From positions 2,659-66,658 of the forward strand of contig CAWJVE010000001.1 of the NCBI GenBank assembly GCA_963846255.1: a stretch of DNA of 64,000 nucleotides, in the 5' to 3' direction. Both the position numbers and the translations under genes were made by a program. The DNA comes from an uncultured Solirubrobacteraceae bacterium. Lineage in GTDB: Bacteria > Actinomycetota > Thermoleophilia > Solirubrobacterales > Solirubrobacteraceae. Shown piece by piece: positions 21,401 to 31,305 of the stretch; the first letter of the stretch is position 1; every line of letters begins with the position of its first letter. Below the pieces are notes generated by a model. The model ran no database searches. It was not told the DNA's origin and worked only from the letters and a program-made list of their open reading frames with translations.

Positions 21401-22231
21401 ATGCAGCCGATGCTGTCCTATCTAGTGTGCGCCACGCCGCGGAGCGGCAGCACTCTACTGTGCCGCGCGCTCGATCAGACCGGGGTCGCCGGTCGCCCGG
21501 CGGAGTACTTCGAGGCGCTGATCCACTCAGGTCTCCCGCGCCGCCCACACGAGTACTTCGACCCCGAGCGCCACGCCAACATCGTCGAACGGCTCGCCTT
21601 CCGCGAGATGCCCGATGGGGCCGCCAAACCCAACCCACTGTGGCAACCCGACACCTACGGCCAGTACCTCGGCTGGGCGCTCGAGCAGGGGACCACGCCC
21701 AACGGCGTCTTCGGCGCGAAGCTGATGTGGGGCTACCTCGGTGACTTCGCCGAGCTGCTGCGCGGGATCGACGGCATGGCCGGGCGCCCGATCCCCGAGA
21801 TGCTCGGGCGTGCCTTCCCCGGGCTCCGCTACATCCAGATCAACCGCGAGAACAAGATCCGCCAGGCGATCTCGCTGTGGAAGGCGGTCCAGACCCAGAA
21901 GTGGAAGCAGGAGCCGGGCGAGCCGGAGCGGCCCCCCGTCGAGCCCGTGTTCTCCTTCCGCGCGATCAACTACCTGGTGCGCCAGCTGACCGCGCACGAG
22001 GCCTCGTGGGACGCCTACTTCCTCGGCCTCGGCCAGGAGCCGCTGAGGTTGACCTACGAGCAGCTCGCCGAGGGCACCGGAGCGGTCGTCGGGCGGGTGC
22101 TCGAGCACCTCGGCATCCGCGCCCCGGCCAGCACGCTCGAGGAGCCGCCGCGGCTGTCGGTCCAGGCCGACGCCGTCTCAGAGGAATGGGTTGCGCGCTT
22201 CGACGCGCATCTGCGCTCGCTGGAGGCCTAG
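21401..22231 (+). CDS. Stf0-family sulfotransferase (trehalose-2-sulfotransferase-like)
   Basis: SYLVCATPRSGSTLLC, GVAGRPAEYF, TTPNGVFGAKLMW, RQAISLWKAVQT match Stf0 hallmarks. Confidence 0.92.
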   Translation: MQPMLSYLVCATPRSGSTLLCRALDQTGVAGRPAEYFEALIHSGLPRRPHEYFDPERHANIVERLAFREMPDGAAKPNPLWQPDTYGQYLGWALEQGTTPNGVFGAKLMWGYLGDFAELLRGIDGMAGRPIPEMLGRAFPGLRYIQINRENKIRQAISLWKAVQTQKWKQEPGEPERPPVEPVFSFRAINYLVRQLTAHEASWDAYFLGLGQEPLRLTYEQLAEGTGAVVGRVLEHLGIRAPASTLEEPPRLSVQADAVSEEWVARFDAHLRSLEA

Positions 22232-22980
22232 GCCGCGGCCGCGGGGTCGATCGCCTGGGCGTCGGGCTTCGCAAAGATCAGCGCCAGCGAGTCGAAGCCG
22301 TGGCGCTCGGGGTTGAGGTTGTACTGCACGTGCCAGGTGTCGATCCCGGCGCCCGCCAGCACGCGGCCGAGCCGGTCCAGGGAGTAGGAGCGGCGCATCA
22401 TGTAGGCGTAGGAGAAGTCGACCGCACCGAAGAGTTTGCTGGGGTTCAGGGGGTGCGAGCGGCGACCTCGCTTCCAGGCGTGGGGGGGCGGGAAGGTCCA
22501 GCGCAGCACGCTCCGCAGCGGACGCGGCGGCCGCACCACGACGTTGACGAACCCGACCCCGCCGGCGCCCAGCCCGGTGACCAGCTGCTCGAAGATGCGC
22601 TCGCCCTCGCGCGTGGGGATGTGCTGGAGCACGTTGAGCGAGATCAGCAGGTCGTAGCGGCCCGCCAGGCCGGCCAGCTGCGGGACTTCGACCGTCTCGA
22701 AGTTCTCGAGCTTCATGCGCTCGGCGTTGGCGCGCGCGTCGCGCAGGATCGGCGCCGACAGGTCCATCCCGTAGACCCGCTCGCAGCGCTCCGCCAGGGG
22801 GACCGCGATGCGCCCCACGCCGCAGCCGTAGTCGAGCGCGGTGCGGCCGTCCAGCGTGGCACCCGTTGCCTGCTGGATCGCCTCGGCGATGCCCTCGACG
22901 CGCTTGGATCCGCGTCGCAGCACGTCCTCCTGGGTGGTGTAGCGGTCCCGCCCCCACTCGGTGTCGGTCCGGTACACCAC
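22228..22980 (-). CDS. Class I SAM-dependent methyltransferase
   Basis: ALDYGCGVGRIA, YGMDLS, YDLLISLNVLQHIP. The start may lie further upstream. Confidence 0.85.
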   Translation of the reverse strand: MVYRTDTEWGRDRYTTQEDVLRRGSKRVEGIAEAIQQATGATLDGRTALDYGCGVGRIAVPLAERCERVYGMDLSAPILRDARANAERMKLENFETVEVPQLAGLAGRYDLLISLNVLQHIPTREGERIFEQLVTGLGAGGVGFVNVVVRPPRPLRSVLRWTFPPPHAWKRGRRSHPLNPSKLFGAVDFSYAYMMRRSYSLDRLGRVLAGAGIDTWHVQYNLNPERHGFDSLALIFAKPDAQAIDPAAAA

Positions 22981-23039
22981 AGCGAAGGAAACCGTAGCAG
23001 TCGCCGCGCGGCGCGCAAGCAGGTGGCGGCGAGCGTGCG

Positions 23040-23813
23040 TCAGGCCGCCGGCGGTGTGGCGAGCCAGTTGACCGCGCCCTCGGCCGCGACGAAGGCCGCC
23101 TGTGTGAACGGGCCTTCGCCGGTGACGGTGAAGATCGCGTAGTGGAGCTCGGACAGCAGCTCCCAGAGCGCCGCCGAGCTGGACCCGTACAGCTTGGCGG
23201 TCTCGGCCACGTGCTCGAAGACCAACAGCGGGCGGGCGCCCGAGAGCACGCCGCGGGCCCCTTCCAGCACCTGCAGCTCCGCCCCCTCCACGTCCACCTT
23301 GATCACCGCTGGCGCGAGGTCGGGGAGCTGCTCGTCGAGCGTCGAGACGCTCACGTCGATGTACTCCGGCGCGCCCCGCTCGTCGCTTATCTGCGGGTTA
23401 CGCCGCAGGCCGCTCCAGCCGTCGAGTTTCGTGAAGTGGCAGAACTGTGCGTGTCCAGGGCTGGCGCCGAGTGCCAGCCTGCGGCAATCCACCTGTGGCA
23501 GCTCCCGTTCGATCTCGGCCGCCAGCGCGGGGATCGGCTCGAAGGCGACGTATCGCGCGGCGGGGGCGATGCGGACGGCCTCGCGCAGCACCTGGCCGCG
23601 ATTGGCCCCGACGTCGACGTAGATGCCTCCGGCGCGCAGGCCGGCGGCCAGGACGGCGCTGGTGGCGAGCGCTTCGTCTTCGGCGCGGCGGGCTCCCGGA
23701 TAGAGCGCGCCAACGAGCTCAGGGCGTCCGGTGCGACGGCCCACCGCCCCCACGCAGCGGCGCATGAAGGCGCGTGCGCTCACCGGCGCGAGCGGCCCTC
23801 GGTCGGCCCGCAA
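23040..23813 (-). CDS. FkbM-family methyltransferase
   Basis: VDVGANRG, VAFEP, IKVDVEGAELQVLEG. Confidence 0.9.
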   Translation of the reverse strand: MRADRGPLAPVSARAFMRRCVGAVGRRTGRPELVGALYPGARRAEDEALATSAVLAAGLRAGGIYVDVGANRGQVLREAVRIAPAARYVAFEPIPALAAEIERELPQVDCRRLALGASPGHAQFCHFTKLDGWSGLRRNPQISDERGAPEYIDVSVSTLDEQLPDLAPAVIKVDVEGAELQVLEGARGVLSGARPLLVFEHVAETAKLYGSSSAALWELLSELHYAIFTVTGEGPFTQAAFVAAEGAVNWLATPPAA

Positions 23814-23880
23814 TCCCCGTCGTAGAGCGGGCGTAAAGGCTGTTCGGGGGCCCAGATCGCTCGGCTATCATAGCCCGCCC

Positions 23881-25086
23881 ATGTCGCATCCGGACTCCGT
23901 TCTGATGGTGGTCCCGCGCTGGGTCAGGGACGGGGGTGTGGCGACCTCCACCGCCGCCAGCGCGCAGGCCTTGGCGGCGCGCGGGACGCGCGTGGCGATC
24001 CTCGCGGCGAGGGTCGAATCGGAGCTCGTGCCTCCCGGCGTCACGATCTTCGAGAGCCCTCGGCTGTTTGACCGCGACGCCCCGGTGGCGGAGCGGATCG
24101 GGGAGGCGCTGTCGTGCGAGCCGTCGGTCGTGCACCTGCACCAGCTCGGCGACCCGGGCGTGGTCGGGTTCCTGCGCCGCACCGCGCCGGTGGTGATCTC
24201 CGCCCACGGCTTCGTCGCCTGCACCTCCGGCGTGCACTACTTCCGTCCGGGGCAGGAATGCCTTCGCCCCCACGGCCCGGGCTGCGTGCCCAACCTCGTG
24301 CGCTGCGCCCACACCCGCGACCCGTTCTCGCTGCGAGCGGCCTACGCGCTCGCGGGCCGCGAGCTGGCGGCACTACGCCTGGCCGACATGGCGGTCTCGT
24401 ACTCGAGCGCGGTGGACCGGCACCTCGGGATCAACGGGATCGAGCGCCGGCGGATGGTGCCCTACTTCCCGACCGTGACGCCGGCGCAGCCGTCCGAGCG
24501 CGCGAGCTCTCCACGGGTGGTGTTCGCCGGCCGCGTGGTCGCGCCCAAGGGCGTCGCGACGCTCGTGCGGGCGGCGCGCGAGGTCGATGCCCGCTTCATC
24601 GTCTGCGGGGACGGCTGGCAGCTGCCCGCAATGCGACGCCTCGCGAGCCGCCTGGGTGTGCAGGAGCGCATCGAGTTCGCCGGCTGGCTGGAGCCCGGGG
24701 CGCTGGCGCAGGAGTTCGCGGATGCCTCGCTGGTGGCCGTGCCCTCGGTGTGGCCGGAGCCGTTCGGCATCATCGGCATCGAGGGGTTCGCGGCCGGACG
24801 ACCTGCCGTCGCCAGCCGGACCGGCGGGATCGGCGACTGGCTCGACGACGGGGTCTCGGGCCTGATGGTTCCCGCCGGCGACGCGGGCGCCCTTGCCCGC
24901 GCCCTCAACGAGCTGCTGGCCGACCCGGAGCGCCGCGACGCGATGGGCGCGGCCGGCAAAAAGACGGTCGAGGCGAGGTTCACGCTCGAGCGCCACCTGG
25001 CCGCGATCGGCGAGGCATACGCCGCCGCCCGCGCCGCCTGGCTGGCGGCCCACGGACCCGCGGGCCTGGTGGCCTCGATCAGGTAG
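23881..25086 (+). CDS. GT4 glycosyltransferase
   Basis: FAGRVVAPKGV, PSVWPEPFGIIGIEGFAAGRP. Confidence 0.9.
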   Translation: MSHPDSVLMVVPRWVRDGGVATSTAASAQALAARGTRVAILAARVESELVPPGVTIFESPRLFDRDAPVAERIGEALSCEPSVVHLHQLGDPGVVGFLRRTAPVVISAHGFVACTSGVHYFRPGQECLRPHGPGCVPNLVRCAHTRDPFSLRAAYALAGRELAALRLADMAVSYSSAVDRHLGINGIERRRMVPYFPTVTPAQPSERASSPRVVFAGRVVAPKGVATLVRAAREVDARFIVCGDGWQLPAMRRLASRLGVQERIEFAGWLEPGALAQEFADASLVAVPSVWPEPFGIIGIEGFAAGRPAVASRTGGIGDWLDDGVSGLMVPAGDAGALARALNELLADPERRDAMGAAGKKTVEARFTLERHLAAIGEAYAAARAAWLAAHGPAGLVASIR

Positions 25087-26269
25087 CGCTCAGCGAGGAG
25101 ATCAGCCCGCCGACGAGTTCGGCGCTGCGCGCAACCGCCATGCGGCGTTCGTGGAACTCGCGGCCGCGCGCGCCGAGCGCGTCGCGGTCCGCCGGGTCGG
25201 CGAGCAGGCGCGCCAGCTCGGCGGCGAGGGCGGCGCCGTCCGGCGCGACCACGCGCACGGCGTCCTGCTCCCGTAGCTCGCCCCAGGTCAGCGGCCCGTC
25301 GAGCGCGACCACCGGCCGTCCGGAGGCCAGCTCGCCCGCGAGTGTCCCCTTGCGCGAGGTGGGACCCGGGGAGGCCGCGCAGATCAGAGCAGCGCAACGG
25401 GCGATCTCATCGGACAGCTCCTGGGCCGAGAGCCGTCCGCTGAAGCTGAGCGCGTCCGCCACCTCGCGCTCACGGGCGCCGCTCCGCCAGGCCTCGCCGA
25501 TCTCGGTGTCCGGCCCGGGTGCCCCGAGGAGCTCGAGCACGACCGGCTGCCCGCGCCGGCGGAGCTCGGCCAGGGCGTCCAGCACCAGGGCCGTCGCGGC
25601 CCCTTCGTATGCGTAGCCGAACAGCCCGACGAGCATCGGATCGGGTGTCACGCGAGGACTCGGTGGTGGCAGGTTCGAGAACACGGGTGCCATCGCCAGC
25701 GGGCGTCGCGGAAGCCAGCGCCGCGAGTGCAGCCAGTCCAGGCGTTGGTCGGTGGTCACGATCACGGCGGCGCTCGCCCGTAGCAGCGGCAGCAGCGCGG
25801 CGCGCTGGCTGGCGGCCCAGAAGTCCCCGCGAGCACCGCGTCCCCACGGGTAGGCGAGCTCGTGCGCGAATACGATCACGGGCGGGCCCGCCGCTCGAAG
25901 CGCTGCCAGCGTGGAGCCCAGCAGCAGCGGAAGGCCGCGCTGGGCGTAGGCGAAGCTGGCGTAGTGCAGCACGATCGCGTCGGGGCGCTGCTGGTGAAGC
26001 GCTTGGCGGAGCGCGCCGGCCCAGGCGCGGACCTCCGCCCGCGCCGCGTGGCCCCGCTCGTGGCCGCGGTCGAGCCAATGCAGCGAGCACGGGGTCCCCT
26101 GGGCCGCGAGCTCGGCCGCCAGCAGGCGGGCGTGATCGCGCATCCCGGATGTGGCTCCCAGCGACATGCCGACCGTGGCGGCCCTCAGCACCGGCTCTGC
26201 TGCGCCCGTTGCCGCCGTCCCGGCGATCGCGGCGCGAGCGTGCCGATCAGCCACGCAGAAGCTCTCCAC
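25079..26269 (-). CDS. GT4-like glycosyltransferase
   Basis: SGMRDHA, LFGY, SRKGTLAGELASGRPVV GT-B pattern. The start is uncertain. Confidence 0.7.
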   Translation of the reverse strand: MESFCVADRHARAAIAGTAATGAAEPVLRAATVGMSLGATSGMRDHARLLAAELAAQGTPCSLHWLDRGHERGHAARAEVRAWAGALRQALHQQRPDAIVLHYASFAYAQRGLPLLLGSTLAALRAAGPPVIVFAHELAYPWGRGARGDFWAASQRAALLPLLRASAAVIVTTDQRLDWLHSRRWLPRRPLAMAPVFSNLPPPSPRVTPDPMLVGLFGYAYEGAATALVLDALAELRRRGQPVVLELLGAPGPDTEIGEAWRSGAREREVADALSFSGRLSAQELSDEIARCAALICAASPGPTSRKGTLAGELASGRPVVALDGPLTWGELREQDAVRVVAPDGAALAAELARLLADPADRDALGARGREFHERRMAVARSAELVGGLISSLSAT

Positions 26270-27407
26270 GGTAGGCGGCGTCGATGCTCTCGACGAGGAT
26301 CTCGAGCTCGCCGGTGGGGAGCACCAGACCGTTGCGCCCGGGCTCGATCAGCTCCTTGCACCCGGTGTCCTCGCTGACGATCGTCGGCAGCCCGCACGCG
26401 AGCGCCTCGGCGGGCGCGTAGCCGAAGCCGTCGTTGTAGGCCGGGTGCACATACAGGCGCGCACGGCGCAGGACCGGCAGTGGATCCCCGGGCACGATCG
26501 TCACGCGCGGGTCGCGACGGCGGGCTGCTTCGAGGTAGCGGCGCATCGCGCGGGTGCCCCAGCCGCCGACGAGCACCAGGCGCAGGTCGCTGTGCTCCAG
26601 CCGCGCGACGGCATCCAGCAGCAGTGGGACGCCCTTGGCCACCAGCAGGCCGCCGACATAGACGACGTCGAACGTCGAGGAGCGGTTCTCATCCCCCGGC
26701 TGGGGCGGGGTGTAGCGCGGGTGGGGCGTGAGCGGAAACTGCTGCAGGCGCGCCGGGTCGTGGCCCTCGCGCAGGAAGGACTCGCGGATGTACTGCGTCG
26801 AGACGAGGATGCGCTCGGCTCGCTTGTACTCCTCGAGGTTGCGCCTCAGCAGCCGCGAGACCCAGGGGCGCTCGATCGGGTACTGGCTGTGCGCGAGCTC
26901 GTGGCGGTCGAGCACCTGCCGGACGTGGGAGGTGGCCGAGACCAGGGTCCCGGACGCGAACCCCGACCGGGCGGCCCGGTGCAGCTGCGCCAGGGCCGTG
27001 CCGTTGAAGGCGAGCAGGTGGTCTGCGGCGGGTAGGCGGCCCGCTGCGGCGCCGTCGAAGTCGACGCTCGTGGCCCACATCCGCCAGGCACGCGAGGAGC
27101 GCGCCAGCGGGGCCGCCAGCGACGCCCGCCAGCCGGGGGCCAGCTCGATGTCGTTGCTGCGGTCGGCCGCGTCCCGGCCCGCCGACGGGCGGCGCAGGCA
27201 CGTGTTCGGCCGCCCACCCCGCTCGAGCGCGTCGAGGATCTCGCGCAGATGCCGGCCGAGGCCGCCGGCGTCGAGCGGGGCCGGGCAGGACACCACCACG
27301 CGGCCCTCGGGCAGCGCGGCGGTCTGCAGCCGGTGGGCGTGCGCACGCCAGCGCTCGTCGAGCGGCGCCGGCGCGCCCGAGGCGCTCACCTCACTCGACG
27401 CGGTCAT
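26247..27407 (-). CDS. GT4 glycosyltransferase
   Basis: YVGGLLVAKGV, HPAYNDGFGYAPAEALACGLP. Confidence 0.88.
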   Translation of the reverse strand: MTASSEVSASGAPAPLDERWRAHAHRLQTAALPEGRVVVSCPAPLDAGGLGRHLREILDALERGGRPNTCLRRPSAGRDAADRSNDIELAPGWRASLAAPLARSSRAWRMWATSVDFDGAAAGRLPAADHLLAFNGTALAQLHRAARSGFASGTLVSATSHVRQVLDRHELAHSQYPIERPWVSRLLRRNLEEYKRAERILVSTQYIRESFLREGHDPARLQQFPLTPHPRYTPPQPGDENRSSTFDVVYVGGLLVAKGVPLLLDAVARLEHSDLRLVLVGGWGTRAMRRYLEAARRRDPRVTIVPGDPLPVLRRARLYVHPAYNDGFGYAPAEALACGLPTIVSEDTGCKELIEPGRNGLVLPTGELEILVESIDAAYRGELLRG

Positions 27408-28362
27408 AGCCCCAGAGGGTAATTAGGTCGCGATCGAGGTATTCGCTGAGGCTCTCGACTTCAGGCCTGAAGCGCACCCGCAGTTCGCGCATGAGGGGCT
27501 CGTCGGGTGCCTGCGGGCTCTCATAGAGGGCCCGGCGAGCCGCGCGACCGAGCAGCCGGCGCACCCGGTGGACCGGTCGCGGACGGTCCTGGTCGGCGCG
27601 CTGCGGGGCGTTCGCGCCGCCCCCGAGCCGGTGACGGAGGGCGTCCAGGCGCAGCGAGCGGACGCCAACGCTCGGGTTGGCCTCGACCGCCGGTAGCGAG
27701 ACGTCCTCCTCGACCCCGAGGAATCGCAGCACCGCGCGAACCGTGCCCGCATTGTCGGTGCGGAAGTCGTCGTAGATCAGCACCAGCACCTGCTCGGGCG
27801 CGAACACCTCGTGGTAGCGGCGCAGCTGCTCCACGTAGCGCACGCGCTCGGAGTAGAACAGCGCCTGGGGGCGGTAACAGCTCGGCGGGATCTCCCGGCC
27901 TTCGCGGCGTGCCGACTCGAGTGCCAGCGCCAGCGCCAGATCCTTGTGGTCCTCGAGGCGGTTCTGGACGAGCTGCAGGTGGAGCGAGTGCAGGAAGCTC
28001 GCCGGCTCGCGCAGGATCGAGATGATGCGCGCGTCGGGCGCCACGCGTGCGATCGCGCCCGCCGCCTCGCGCGAGTAGAGGTAGAGCGAGGATGCCTCGC
28101 CGGGGATCTGGGTCGGCAGCGCCGGCGCGAACAGGGGCAGGTATTCCTCGAGCGTTTCGGGCTCCGGCAGGGGCTGCTTGACCCGTGGGCGCAAGTCCGC
28201 CGCGAAGTAGCTCGGCTCCTTGAAGTCGGGCAGGAAGAGCTGGGGATGGCGCTTGAGCATCTCGTAGAGGGCGGTGGTGCCGCTCTTGGAATGGCCGACG
28301 ATGAAGAAGGCGGGCAGGCGTGCCCGCGTGTCGATCGCGCTGGGCTCAGCCGACGTCGTCAT
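27391..28362 (-). CDS. Sulfotransferase paralog D
   Basis: LPAFFIVGHSKSGTT, KEPSYF, GEASSLY, LREPASFLHS. Confidence 0.93.
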   Translation of the reverse strand: MTTSAEPSAIDTRARLPAFFIVGHSKSGTTALYEMLKRHPQLFLPDFKEPSYFAADLRPRVKQPLPEPETLEEYLPLFAPALPTQIPGEASSLYLYSREAAGAIARVAPDARIISILREPASFLHSLHLQLVQNRLEDHKDLALALALESARREGREIPPSCYRPQALFYSERVRYVEQLRRYHEVFAPEQVLVLIYDDFRTDNAGTVRAVLRFLGVEEDVSLPAVEANPSVGVRSLRLDALRHRLGGGANAPQRADQDRPRPVHRVRRLLGRAARRALYESPQAPDEPLMRELRVRFRPEVESLSEYLDRDLITLWGYDRVE

Positions 28363-29362
28363 AGCCCCACAGGGCGACGAGGTCGCGCTGCAGGTACTCG
28401 CTCAGCGCGACGACCTCCGGCTTGAAGCGCCGGCGCAGCTCCGCCATGAACTCCTCGTCGGGCGCGGGGGGCGCCGAGAACACCGCGCGCGGGACGAGCG
28501 GGTAGAAGAAGCGTTCGCGGATCGTGCGGGTGGTCAGCGTCTTGCCGACCGTCCGCAGCCCCCACCACAGCGGGTCCCGCCCCTGCCTGAGCCGGCGCCG
28601 CCACCCCTCCACGCGCTCGCGGGTGGCGATCGTGGGGTTGGCCTCGACGGGCTCGATCGGCAGCTCCTCCACCTCGAGGAAGCGCTCCACGCGTGCCAGG
28701 GTGCCGGCATTATCGGCGCGGAAGTCGTCGTAGATCAGCACCAGCACCTGCTCGGGCGCGAACACCTCGTGGTAGCGGTGCAGCTGCTCGACATAGCGCA
28801 CGCGGTCGGAGTAGATCAGCGCGCTCGGCCAGTAGGAGCGGCTGGGAATGTGCTTGTTTTCGCGCCTGGACTGGTCGAGTTCGACGGCCTCGCGGAAGTC
28901 GTACACCGACTCGTGGCGGTTCTGCAGCAGTTGCAGGTGCAGCGAGCGCAGGAAGCTCGCCGGCTCGCGGATGATCGCGATCATGCGGGCGTCGGGGCGC
29001 ACCGCGGCGATCCGCGCCGGGGCCGTGCGCGACCACAGGTAGGAGGAGGACGCCTCGCCGCGCAGCTGGCCCTCGCGGGCGTCCTCGAACAGGGACAGGT
29101 AGTCGTCCTCGCTCGTGGCGATCCGGCCCGTGAAGCTGATGTCGCGCTCACCCGAGCGCTGCGGATGCGGGTTGTCCTGGGCGAAGTACCACGGCTCCTT
29201 TCCGGCCCCGCCTTTGTACTCCGGCATGAACACCTGCGGGTGGCGGCGCAGCATCTCGTACAGCGCCGTGGTACCGCACTTGGCGTGCCCGACGATGAAG
29301 AAATCGGGCATCCGCGGGTCGATCGCCGGAGGCGTTGAGGATCGCATCGCGGAGGCGCTCAT
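28346..29362 (-). CDS. Sulfotransferase paralog E
   Basis: MPDFFIVGHAKCGTT, KEPWYF, GEASSSY, IREPASFLRS. Confidence 0.93.
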   Translation of the reverse strand: MSASAMRSSTPPAIDPRMPDFFIVGHAKCGTTALYEMLRRHPQVFMPEYKGGAGKEPWYFAQDNPHPQRSGERDISFTGRIATSEDDYLSLFEDAREGQLRGEASSSYLWSRTAPARIAAVRPDARMIAIIREPASFLRSLHLQLLQNRHESVYDFREAVELDQSRRENKHIPSRSYWPSALIYSDRVRYVEQLHRYHEVFAPEQVLVLIYDDFRADNAGTLARVERFLEVEELPIEPVEANPTIATRERVEGWRRRLRQGRDPLWWGLRTVGKTLTTRTIRERFFYPLVPRAVFSAPPAPDEEFMAELRRRFKPEVVALSEYLQRDLVALWGYDDVG

Positions 29363-29399
29363 CGCGAGCTGAGTGTAACCGGCGCCGTGCGCCGTCCTG

Positions 29400-30258
29400 T
29401 CACCCTGCGGCGTGCTCTGCGGGCACCAGGTCCCACATCACCTCGGCGGTGTGAAAGGCCCCCGCGGCGAGCGCCTCCCGCGCCGCCAGACCGAGGCTCA
29501 GCTCATAGCAGCCGATCGCCTGCAGCTTCACGCCGGCTGCCTCGGCGTCGAGGTGCGCGACCCGCGCCTCGCGCAGCGGCGGCATCTCCGGGACGTCGGT
29601 CAGGTACGCCTGCCAGTAGGCATCCACGTCGCCTGTGCCGCGGGGCCCCGGCGCACCCACCCAGGCGGGCCAGCCGTGGGTGACGCAGTAGGGCAGCTCC
29701 GCGTACAGCGTCGACGGGCATGCCCCGCTGCAGCAGCCGCTGCGCGCAGCGGCGCGCGAGCACGTGGTCGACGTGGCCGCCGATGCCCGCCGGGGCATAC
29801 ACGCGCGAGGCCCGCGGGACGGTTGCCGCCAGCGCGCTCCCCACCGCCGCGGCGCCGACCGCGTCGGGACCGGCGCGCTGCTGGATCTCGGGGAGCTCGA
29901 GGTTGTGCGCTTGGCGGTCGACGAGTGCCAGCGCGCGTGCGTCCTCCTGCAGCCGCGCGCGCGCCCGCTCGCGCGAGTCGGCCAGTCCCGCGAGTGCCTC
30001 CCACGGGCCCCTGCGCCCCGGCGCGGGGAGGGCGGCGAAGACGTTCACCACGTTCAGCTCACCGGTGCCGCTCAACACGCTCCAGCAGCTCAGCGCGGCG
30101 TCGTCCCAGTGCGGCGAGAGCACCAGCGGGGGAGCGTCTCGATCGACCTCGACGTCGGCCCCGCCGCTGCCGGGGACGCCTCGCTCGAAAAGTGTTCGGG
30201 AGCGCCGCAGAAGCGAGGCGGGCGCGCTCCGCAAACGGCGTTTCGGAGGGGTCGTCAT
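29400..30258 (-). CDS. PIG-L/LmbE family de-N-acetylase (frameshift near 29715)
   Basis: LSPHWDDAALS and GIGGHVDH metal motifs, R..ED, and YAELPY in the second frame. Confidence 0.82.
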
Positions 30259-30323
30259 GCGCGGCTGGGCGGCAGTATATGTGCGTTTGTGGCACCACCC
30301 CATTGGTAGACTCGGCCGCTGCG

Positions 30324-31305
30324 ATGCACACGGCTGAGGACTTCTCTTCGGATCCATCCGCCGTGCGGGGGAGGGTGCCGGACTTCTTCATCGTCGGCCA
30401 TCACAAGAGCGGTACCACGGCTCTGTACGAGATGTTGAGGCAGCACCCGGAGGTCTTCATGTCCGACATCAAGGAGCCCCGTTTCCTTGCCGGCGACATG
30501 CGTCCCCGCTTTACCCCGCCCCGCGGCCGCCGCCTGCCCGAGACGCTCGAGGAGTACCTGTCACTGTTTTCCGACGCCGCACCGACGCAGCGCGTGGGCG
30601 AGGCCTCGCCGTCGTATCTCTTCAGCCACACCGCGGCGGCGGAAATCGCACGGTTGCAGCCGGCGGCGCGGATCATCGCGATCTTCCGCGAGCCGGCCAG
30701 CTTCCTGTATTCGCTCCACCTGCAGCTCCTGCGCAGCCACGTCGAGTCAGAGAAGGACCTCCTGAAGGCGATCGCGCTGGAGGGCCCCCGCCGGGAGGGC
30801 CGCGAGATACCGCGGCGCTCGCACGTTCCACAGCTGCTGCAGTACTCCGATCACGTCCGCTACGCCGATCAGCTGCGCCGCTATCACGAGCGCTTCCCCC
30901 CGGAGCAGGTGCTGGTGCTCGTCTACGAGGACTTCCGCGACGACAACGAGGGCACGCTGCGCGCGGTGATGCGCTTCCTCGAGATCGACGAGGACCGCCC
31001 GCTCGAGCGCGTGAACGTCAAACAGACGACGACCACGATGCGCTCCCAGCAGCTCGACGACCTGGTGCTGTCGCTCACGCTCGGTAGCTCGGCTCGCTCA
31101 CGCCGCACCCGCGCGGCGCTGAAGGCGCTCTCGCCCCAGCGCGTTCGGCGTGAGGCGTTGCGCCAGTTCCGTCGCCGCGCCGTGCTGGGGCAGGCGACCC
31201 CGCCGGAGCAGGAGGAGATGGAGGAGCTCAGGCGTCGCTACCAGCCCGAGGTGGCGCGGCTGAGCGAGTACCTGGGACGGGACATGCTCGCTCGGTGGGG
31301 CTACT
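30324..31305 (+). CDS. Sulfotransferase paralog F
   Basis: VPDFFIVGHHKSGTT, KEPRF, GEASPSY, FREPASFLYS, WGY. The stop after WGY appears lost to an indel (the ORF runs on to 31430). Confidence 0.9.
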
